Made by a program: the position numbers and the translations under genes. From the NCBI GenBank assembly GCA_041658505.1, contig JBBAAD010000001.1, positions 1-24,000 on the forward strand: 24,000 nucleotides of DNA, read 5' to 3'. How positions within the stretch are numbered: position 1 is the first letter of the stretch; each line of letters starts with the position of its first letter. This stretch comes from a bacterium. GTDB lineage: Bacteria; Desulfobacterota; Deferrimicrobia; Deferrimicrobiales; Deferrimicrobiaceae. Positions 7,578 to 14,617 of this stretch are shown here, piece by piece. The notes beneath the pieces are model-generated. The model saw nothing but the letters and a program-made list of their open reading frames with translations, made no database searches and had not been told where the DNA came from.

Positions 7578-8678
7578 CTACATCGTCCGGACGGAAACCT
7601 GGAGGGGCCAGAGATACGTCCCGGGACGGGCGTCCCAAGCCAGGGAGAACCGGTAACTCAACTCCGCCGTGACCGGCGCGGGGGCGTACGGGTGCGGGAC
7701 GAAACCGCCTCCCGGCCCGATCTCCACGTCCCGTCCCAACCCCCGGACGGAGACCCTGCCGAACGGACCGTCGGGGCCTGCGACTCCCTCGAAGACGAGG
7801 AGGCATCCCTCCCGGCTGTTGTTCCGGACCTCGATGCGGGAGGCCGCGGGAGCGTCGACGTACCCGCGCGCGACGTCCTCCGGGGTCACGACCAGCGTCC
7901 GCTTCTGGTGAAGGACCCGCAGCGTGGCCCGCGACGGAACCGTGGCCGTCACCTGGATCCGCGCGGTTCCCGCCGCCGGCGGACCGCTCGCCCCTCCGAC
8001 CTCCTGCGCTCCGGCGACCTCCGCAAGCGAGAGCACGGCGACGAGGGCGGCGGTGACCAGCATCTCCTGGAGGCGGAGACCGCGGTCGAGGTGGTGGGGC
8101 TCGACCGCCCCGCTTTCCACCAGCAGTTCGCCGATGTTCTTCTTCGTCAGCTTCTGGCGAGAGAGGACATCTTCCAGCTGCTCCCGCGTGATCCGTCCGG
8201 TGGCGACCAGGATCTCCCCGAGGCGGAACCGGACCGACGAGGGGGCCTCCCCGGCCTGGCACTTCTGGAACGCGAGGACGGCGTCGAGCTGGCCCCGGGT
8301 CAGCACGCCGCGCCGGACGAGAATCTCCCCGAGCTTCTCGCCGGTCCGGCGCTGCTCCGAAAGCGCCTCTTCCAGCTGTGCCGGGGTGACTTTCCGAGCC
8401 TTCAGGAGCAGCTCCCCGAGGTACTGGCGGACCCCCGCCGCCGACCGGACGGCGTCTTCGAGGGAGGCGAGGTCGCTCTGGATGGAGACCACGGCGGCGA
8501 TCTCCGCCGGGTCCGCCGCCTTCATGCGGATCAGCACCTCGCCCAGCATCTCGTTGGTCCGGTTCTGCTCATCGAGCGCCCGAGCCAGATTCCCGGGGGA
8601 GACGAAACCCCCATCCACCAGCACCTGGCCGAGCAGCCGCTTCGCCGGGCGACCCGGCGGCACGTTGTCCCTTCGCAT
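7578..8678 (-). CDS. Tandem MshEN/GspE-N-like (c-di-GMP receptor-type) domain protein with C-terminal hydrophobic segment and secreted-type domain
   Basis: 366 aa. Six 24-residue repeats in three pairs, each pair split by 5 residues: LLGQVLVDGGFVSPGNLARALDEQ/MLGEVLIRMKAADPAEIAAVVSIQ; YLGELLLKARKVTPAQLEEALSEQ/KLGEILVRRGVLTRGQLDAVLAFQ; RLGEILVATGRITREQLEDVLSRQ/NIGELLVESGAVEPHHLDRGLRLQ. Then MLVTAALVAVLSLAEVAGA and a beta-rich C-terminal region. Confidence 0.8.
   Translation of the reverse strand: MRRDNVPPGRPAKRLLGQVLVDGGFVSPGNLARALDEQNRTNEMLGEVLIRMKAADPAEIAAVVSIQSDLASLEDAVRSAAGVRQYLGELLLKARKVTPAQLEEALSEQRRTGEKLGEILVRRGVLTRGQLDAVLAFQKCQAGEAPSSVRFRLGEILVATGRITREQLEDVLSRQKLTKKNIGELLVESGAVEPHHLDRGLRLQEMLVTAALVAVLSLAEVAGAQEVGGASGPPAAGTARIQVTATVPSRATLRVLHQKRTLVVTPEDVARGYVDAPAASRIEVRNNSREGCLLVFEGVAGPDGPFGRVSVRGLGRDVEIGPGGGFVPHPYAPAPVTAELSYRFSLAWDARPGTYLWPLQVSVRTM
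8067..8636 (-). repeat. Region encoding six MshEN-type motif copies (three tandem pairs)
   Basis: Residues 15-38, 44-67, 86-109, 115-138, 152-175 and 181-204 of the 7578-8678 protein align to RLGxx[LVI][LVI]xxG[LVI][LVI]xxxxLxxxLxxQ with variable fidelity. Confidence 0.8.
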
Positions 8679-8801
8679 CCGTCCCCTCGCGCGAGCGGAA
8701 TCTTCCCGCCCTTGACGCTTCTATCGGCCGCGCAGGCGGAAATGTTCAGTAACCGTTTGGGAGAGGAGAGTCCCCCGGATCGGGGGAAGGAGTCGCTTTG
8801 G

Positions 8802-9356
8802 TCACGGAAGGATCGAAACGATCACCGAATCCGTGTAGGCCCCGGCCATCGATCCGCGGAAATCCACCCAGCGGACGGTCCCCGAGATGGTGAGGGTGCC
8901 GGGGGCGTTTTTCGGGATGGTGCCGGAGGCGGGGCTCAGGAGAAGAGAGTACGGGAGGAACTCCGGCGCGGCGGCGTGGCGCATCCGGCGGGCGCCGGGG
9001 CCGGACGGGTTCTGTCCGTTATCGTCCGTGAAGAGGAACGCGGCGACCGGCGCGCTTCCCCGGCAGACGAAGTCGACGGAGGCCGTCGCGTTCACGTCGG
9101 CCGCGACGGCCGGGTCGAGGGCGCCGAAATTCAGCGTCGAGGTCTTCGTGTCGAACTTGCAATTGCTCTTCGAGAGCACCGTCGCGGTGACGGCAAGCGT
9201 ACCCGTATCTCCGAAAGCCGCCGTGCCGGCCCACGCAAGCAATGAAAGTACGACAAGCACAACGGCAAGAACCGGCGTCGATCCCTTGCCGGCGCCGGAA
9301 CGGCGCGGGGCGGCCGGTTGGCCGCCCCGCGTCGCAGATGATTCCCCGCGGGACAT
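8802..9356 (-). CDS. Spore coat U (SCPU) domain protein, pilin-like subunit
   Basis: GTLAVTATVLSKSNCKFDTKTSTLNFGALDPA...FVCRGSAP...RRMRHAAAPEFLPYSLLLSPASGT...AGAYTDSVIVSILP. Long basic N-region before the signal helix, so the true start may be further in. Confidence 0.85.
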   Translation of the reverse strand: MSRGESSATRGGQPAAPRRSGAGKGSTPVLAVVLVVLSLLAWAGTAAFGDTGTLAVTATVLSKSNCKFDTKTSTLNFGALDPAVAADVNATASVDFVCRGSAPVAAFLFTDDNGQNPSGPGARRMRHAAAPEFLPYSLLLSPASGTIPKNAPGTLTISGTVRWVDFRGSMAGAYTDSVIVSILP

Positions 9357-9371
9357 CCAGGGCGTGCGTTG

Positions 9372-9836
9372 TTATGGAGTGATCGAAAGCGTGACGGTGT
9401 CCGAGTAACTTCCTGCGGCCTTCGAGGTGTAATCGGCCGCCAGGACGGAGCCCGCGATGTTCAGCGTGCGGGGCGAGGCAGGGCCTGCGTTGGCGCCAGC
9501 TACGGGCGTGAGGGTCAGCGAATAGGGGATAAGATCCGTACTGACGCTGTCCCTCATTTGCCGTATCGCCCCGGCGGGATTCAGACCCACGTTCGCGGTA
9601 ATGAGATCCGTGGTCACACCCTTCGTGCACCAGAACTGGGTGCTGGTGGAACCGTTGACGGCCACCGGATTCGAGGGATCCAGCGCGCCGAAGTCCAAGG
9701 TGGAAGTCGCGGTGGAGAACTTGCACGTCCCAAGCACGCTCGCCTGCACGGTCAAGGTGTTGGTGTCGCTGGCCCACGCCGCGCCGCCCGCGGCGAGCAC
9801 CGCGAGCGCGATGAAAACCGAAATGCTTTTCCTCAT
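9372..9836 (-). CDS. Spore coat U (SCPU) domain protein, probable major pilin-like subunit
   Basis: 154 aa: MRKSISVFIALAVLAAGGAAWASDTNTLTVQASVLGTCKFSTATSTLDFGALDP...YSLTLTPVAG...AAGSYSDTVTLSITP. Confidence 0.88.
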   Translation of the reverse strand: MRKSISVFIALAVLAAGGAAWASDTNTLTVQASVLGTCKFSTATSTLDFGALDPSNPVAVNGSTSTQFWCTKGVTTDLITANVGLNPAGAIRQMRDSVSTDLIPYSLTLTPVAGANAGPASPRTLNIAGSVLAADYTSKAAGSYSDTVTLSITP

Positions 9837-9875
9837 GACTTCCCCCGTTTCTTTTCCCGGCCGATGCCGGATTTT

Positions 9876-9881
9876 ATTATA
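9876..9881 (-). promoter_or_regulatory. Possible -10 box (TATAAT) for the minus-strand chaperone-usher operon; no good -35
   Basis: Minus strand reads GTGGATATAATAAAATCC about 40 bp upstream of the first SCPU gene. The hexamer at the usual -35 distance is weak. Confidence 0.35.
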
Positions 9882-10012
9882 TCCACCACCCGTTTCGGTC
9901 GGTTCCGAAAAAAACTTTAAGGAAAAATTCAGGCAAGAAACCGTTTGTCCGGCACACGCGGTTGTCATAGGCTGAAATCGCACGCGTCGGACCGCGACGC
10001 AGCGGGGACACC

Positions 10013-12555
10013 ATGGGCGACTGGCACCGGCGGGAGATCGCGGACGTCGTTCGGGAGCTTCGGACCGACCCCGGGTCCGGGCTGACCGGCGCCGAGGCCG
10101 CGTCCCGCCTTCGCGCGAGCGGCCCCAACGAACTCCCCGAAGGCCCCCCCTTCGCCCCGGACGCATCTTTCTCTCCCAGTTCGCTTCCACGATGGTGGCG
10201 GTCCTCCTTGCGGCGGCCGTCGTCTCCGCGCTGCTGGGCGACCTCTTGGACACCGTCGCGATCGTCGCCATCGTCCTCCTGAACGCGCTGCTCGGCTTCA
10301 CCCAGGAGTACCGCGCGGAAAAGGCGATGGCGGCGCTGTCGCGCCTTGCCGCCCCCGTGGAGAAATCCCCCGATCCGCTTCCCGATCCCGACCTGCCCGT
10401 CGGCGACCGGCGGAACTCCCTTTACCTCGGCACCACCGTCGTCCACGGGCGGGCCATGGCCGTGGCGACCGGCACCGGCCGGGACACCGAGCTGGGACGG
10501 ATCGCGCGGATGCTCTCCGAGGTGCGCCGCGAGGCGACGCCGCTCCAGCGCCGGATGGCCGATCTCGGCAGGAACCTGGCGCTGCTCGCGCTCGCGATCG
10601 TCGCCCTCATCTTCGGAATGGGGCTGTTGCGGGGAGAGGACCCCGTGCTGCTGTTTCTCACCGCCGTGAGCCTCGCGGTCGCCGCGATCCCGGAGGGGCT
10701 GCCGGCCGTGGTGACGGTCACCCTGGCCCTCGGTTCGCAGCGGATGCTGGCGCGCCGCGCCCTGATCCGGAAGCTCCCGGCCGTGGAGACGCTCGGCTCG
10801 GTCACCGTCATCTGCTCGGACAAGACGGGAACGCTCACCCGGAACCGGATGGACGTCTCGGAGATCCTCTCGGCGGGGAGGCGGATCGTCTTCACCGCGG
10901 ACGCCCCCGCGCCGGAATTGCCGTCCCCCCATGTCCTCCTCGCGGCGGCGTGCGCCCTCTGCAACGACGCGGTCCCCCCGGCGGCGGGCGGATCGACCCC
11001 GCTGGGGGATCCCACGGAGATCGCCCTCCTTGCCGCCGCCGCGGGGGCGGGGCTTTCGAAGGAAGCGCTGGAGCGGTCCTTCCCTCGCGTCGCGGAAGTT
11101 CCCTTCACCTCCGAGCGGAAACGGATGACCACCGCGCACGCCGTGTCCGCGGGCGGGATCCCCCTGGCCGACGTATCGGACCCGGGCCTCTCCGCCGTTT
11201 TCCCGAACGTCGCCGGCGCCGCCGGGTTCGTCGTGACGAAGGGGGCCGCGGACATGCTGCTCCCGCTATGCGTCGCGGAGTGGACGGAACGCGGCGTCCT
11301 GCCCCTCGCCCCTGCCGGCCGGGAGCGGATCCTCGCGGAGAACGCGGCGATGGCGGGGCGCGGCCTGCGGGTGCTCGGCGTCGCCTTCCGGACATTGGCG
11401 AACGCCCCCGCGGGAGTGCCCGCGGGCGAACTGGAGGAGGGCCTCGCCTTCCTCGGGCTGGTGGGGATGATCGACCCGCCGCGTCCCGAGGCGGAACAGG
11501 CGGTGCGGACGTGCCGCGCCTCCGGGATCCGCCCGATGATGATCACGGGGGACCACCCGCGGACCGCCCTCGCCGTGGCGCGATCGCTGGGGATCGGGGG
11601 AGACGACACGGTGGTCACCGGGGCGGAGCTCTCCCGGATGACCCCCGGCGAAATCGCGGCCGTCGTTCGGCAAACCGACGTCTACGCCCGCGTCTCCCCG
11701 GGGCACAAGCTCGCCATCGTGTCGGCGCTCCAGGAGGACGGGCACGTCGTCGCGATGACCGGGGACGGAGTGAACGACGCCCCCGCGCTGCGCAAGGCCG
11801 ACATCGGCGTCGCCATGGGAGACAGCGGGACCGACGTGGCGCGGGAGGCGGCGGACATGATCCTCACCGACGACAACTTCGCCACCATCGTCGCCGCCGT
11901 CGGGGAAGGCCGGGTCATCTACGACAACGTGCGCAAGTTCATCCTCTACATCCTCGCCAGCAACGTCGGGGAGATCCTCGTGATGTTGCTGGGCCCCCTT
12001 CTCGGGATGCCGCTGCCGCTTCTCCCGCTGCAGATCCTCTGGATCAACCTGCTCACCGACGGGTTGCCGGCGCTGGCGCTTGGGGTGGAGCCGGCGGAGG
12101 GCGACGCGATGCGCCGCCCGCCGCGCTCTCCGTCGGAGGGCGTGCTGACCCGTGGAGCGTGGGCGTACGTGCTCGGGGTCGGCGCGCTGCTCGGGATCTT
12201 GTGCCTCGCGGTGGCGCTCCCCCTGTACCGGGCGGGGGACCCGTCGTGGCGGACCGCCCTCTTCACCGCCCTCACGCTCGCCCAGATGGCGCATGTCCTC
12301 GCGATCCGCTCCAGGCGGGAGACGCTCTTCCGCCGCGGCATCTTCACGAACCTCCCGCTTCTCCTCGCCGTGGCCGGCACCGTGCTCCTGCAGCTGGCGG
12401 TGGTGTACGCCCCCCCGCTGCAGGGGATCTTCCGCACCGTCCCCCTTCTCCCGGGTACGCTTGCGCTGTGCGCCGCCGCGAGCACCGCGCTCTTCTTCGC
12501 GCTCGAGGGAGGAAAATATGTCGTCGGTCTTGCCCGCGGACGTTCGCGCGAATAG
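10013..12555 (+). pseudogene. P2A-type (calcium/cation-transporting) P-type ATPase, disrupted reading frame
   Basis: N-terminal piece MGDWHRREIADVVRELRTDPGSGLTGAEAASRLRASGPNELPEGPP (frame of 10013) continues in the frame of 10192 as [80 protein letters not shown] and NLLTDGLPALALG are present. The TGES-containing segment is absent. Could be a real pseudogene or sequence/assembly error. Confidence 0.7.
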
Positions 12556-12618
12556 AATGGGAGCTTCATCCGCCGTGCGCGCGGGCAACTTTTACGAACG
12601 ATGGAAAGGTGTTCCCCG

Positions 12619-13170
12619 ATGAAGATCGACCCGCACGTGTTCCACGCGAAGTTCCCCCACCACTGTGCGCTCGACCGGTGCAAGAGCCGGTGCTGCCGGC
12701 ACGGCGTCTGGGCCGACATCGAGGAGCGGGAGGTGATCCTGCGGAACGCGGACCTGTTCCTCCCCTACGTCCGGCCGGAGGCGAGGAATCCTTCCCTCTG
12801 GTTCGGCGAGACGGCGGAGGATCCCGATTGCCCGAGCGGCACGGCGGTCGAAACCAACGTGATCGGCGATTCCTGCGCATTCTTCCACCCGGACCACGGC
12901 TGCTCCCTGCAGAAGGCGGCGATCGACCGGGGGCGGCACGAGTGGGAGTTCAAACCGCGCTTCTGCATCATGTTCCCGCTGGTGGTCTCGGAGGGGGTGC
13001 TGACGGTCGACGAGGAGATGGACGAGGTGTGGTGCCTGATGGACGAGAACCGGACCCACCCGATCCTCGAATCGGTGGAGAAGGAAGTGGACCACCTCTT
13101 CCCCGAAGAGGTCGCGCGAAAACTCAACAACGGGAACGGCGCCCGGGGAAAGAAATCTTCCGCGGCGTAA
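12619..13170 (+). CDS. Cysteine-rich DUF3109-like protein
   Basis: 183 aa from ATG 12619: FPHHCALDRCKSRCCRHGVWADIEER, CPSGTA, CAFFHPDHGCSLQKAAIDRG, KPRFCIMFPL. GGAAAGG upstream. Confidence 0.7.
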   Translation: MKIDPHVFHAKFPHHCALDRCKSRCCRHGVWADIEEREVILRNADLFLPYVRPEARNPSLWFGETAEDPDCPSGTAVETNVIGDSCAFFHPDHGCSLQKAAIDRGRHEWEFKPRFCIMFPLVVSEGVLTVDEEMDEVWCLMDENRTHPILESVEKEVDHLFPEEVARKLNNGNGARGKKSSAA

Positions 13171-13223
13171 TCCTCCCCGGCTTCAACCCCCTCCAGTTCG
13201 CGATCACGGAAAACTCCCGGCCT

Positions 13224-13247
13224 GATCCGCGTTCCGATCCGCGTTCC
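13224..13247. repeat. Perfect 12-bp tandem duplication GATCCGCGTTCC x2
   Basis: Direct reading: gatccgcgttcc gatccgcgttcc in the DUF3109-ada intergenic region. Confidence 0.9.
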
Positions 13248-13390
13248 TCACGGACGTTCGTGTCCCGAATGGGACAGGATCGCCGGAGGGATCCGGACGA
13301 TTCCTGCGGTACAGCAAGAATCGGGTTGAGGACCCTTGCGGCCGGTGTCATCGTGTACATCGGGAGCGCGGAAAGGATTGGAGGGCGAGC

Positions 13391-14227
13391 ATGTATCCGA
13401 CGGATTACACGCGGATCGAAAAAGCGATCCTTTATATCGAAGGGAATTTTCGCGGGCAGCCCGGTCTCAAGGAAGTGGCCCGGAAAGCGGGTCTGAGCGA
13501 GTACCATTTCCATCGCCTTTTCACGAGGTGGGCGGGGATCAGCCCGAAACGGTTCCTCCAGTTCCTCACGGCGGAGTACGCCCGGGGATTGCTGAGGGAA
13601 TCGCGGAACGTGCTCGAAGCCGCCTATGAGGCCGGGCTGTCCGGGCCCGGACGCCTCCACGACCTCATCGTGAATGTCTACGCGGTCACTCCGGGGGAGC
13701 TGAAGGAGGAGGGGGCGGGGCTCACGATCCGGTACGGAGTGCACCCGAGCCCCTTCGGCGACTGCCTGTTGGCGATCACCGATAAGGGAATCTGCGCGCT
13801 GGCGTTCCTGCCCGGCCGGCGCGCCGGGGAAGCGGTGGAGGAACTTCGGACACGGTGGGGGAACGCGAATCTCGTCCTGAACCCCGGGGCCACAAAAGCC
13901 GTGGCGGAGCGGATCTTCGTCCCCTCGCGGTGGGGGGGCACCCCCCCGCTGAACGTGATCGTCAAGGGAACCAATTTCCAGGTCAAGGTGTGGGAGGCCC
14001 TCGTCCGCATCCCGCCGGGCTGCGCCGCCTCCTACGAGGAGATCGCCGGCCGGATCGACGCTCCCGGGGCCGTGCGCGCCGTCGGAAACGCTCTGGCCCG
14101 GAACCCCGTGGCGTTCCTCATCCCCTGCCATCGGGTCATCCGCAAGACGGGCGCCTTCGGGGAATATCGGTGGGGCCCGGCCCGGAAGAAAGCGATCCTG
14201 GCCTGGGAGGCGGCGACGTTCCGATGA
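13391..14227 (+). CDS. AraC-type HTH + methylated-DNA--[protein]-cysteine S-methyltransferase fusion (Ada-like, lacking the N-terminal zinc/phosphotriester domain)
   Basis: 278 aa: GLKEVARKAGLSEYHFHRLFTRWAGISPKRFLQ (HTH), then NFQVKVWEALVRIPPGCAASYEEIAGRIDAPGAVRAVGNALARNPVAFLIPCHRVIRKTGAFGEYRWG (PCHR active site). Confidence 0.92.
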   Translation: MYPTDYTRIEKAILYIEGNFRGQPGLKEVARKAGLSEYHFHRLFTRWAGISPKRFLQFLTAEYARGLLRESRNVLEAAYEAGLSGPGRLHDLIVNVYAVTPGELKEEGAGLTIRYGVHPSPFGDCLLAITDKGICALAFLPGRRAGEAVEELRTRWGNANLVLNPGATKAVAERIFVPSRWGGTPPLNVIVKGTNFQVKVWEALVRIPPGCAASYEEIAGRIDAPGAVRAVGNALARNPVAFLIPCHRVIRKTGAFGEYRWGPARKKAILAWEAATFR

Positions 14228-14269
14228 TCCACGGATCGGCGCGTTTCCATGCGGCCATCCCGGACGCGG

Positions 14270-14560
14270 CTAATTGAAGCTTTGATCCTTCGGCTCGATC
14301 ACCCGCACGGGCCCGAACCGGTCCTCGTACTTGCGCAGGTTCTCGGTGAGGGCGTCGATGATGCGCCGGACGTGCCCCGGGCTCACGATGACCCGGGAAA
14401 CGAGATGGACGCCGTTCGGGGAATTCAGCAGCCAGTCGATGAGGAACTCTTCCGGGTTGTGCGTCACGAGCATGCTGTTGCTGTAGTTCCCCCGCGACAT
14501 CGCGTCGCCGGTGTTGATCGGGATCTGCTGCGGTTGTTCAAGCGGCTTCTCTTTCGACAT
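14270..14560 (-). CDS. DUF3467-family protein
   Basis: 96 aa: NYSNSMLVTHNPEEFLIDWLLNSPNGVHLVSRVIVSPGHVRRIIDALTENLRKYEDRFG. Confidence 0.85.
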   Translation of the reverse strand: MSKEKPLEQPQQIPINTGDAMSRGNYSNSMLVTHNPEEFLIDWLLNSPNGVHLVSRVIVSPGHVRRIIDALTENLRKYEDRFGPVRVIEPKDQSFN

Positions 14561-14617
14561 GGCGGCCGGAATCCCTCCTTTTCACGGCAGTCGTCCCCTT
14601 CCCATCGTCTGTCCGGT

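Noticed and set aside
6745-8262. 505-aa minus-strand ORF as a long chaperone
   Set aside because: The chaperone signal peptide starts at about residue 245 of this ORF. The preceding part overlaps the MshEN fusion gene in another frame.
8679-8801. Possible c-di-GMP riboswitch upstream of the MshEN-containing gene
   Set aside because: Checked because of the c-di-GMP link, but I could not find a recognisable GEMM-type core in this short spacer.
10950-13496. 848-aa plus-strand ORF overlapping the ATPase and DUF3109 genes
   Set aside because: Alternate-frame artefact. The true frames show DKTGT/GDGVND motifs and the Cys-rich protein; this translation is R/G/P-rich nonsense.
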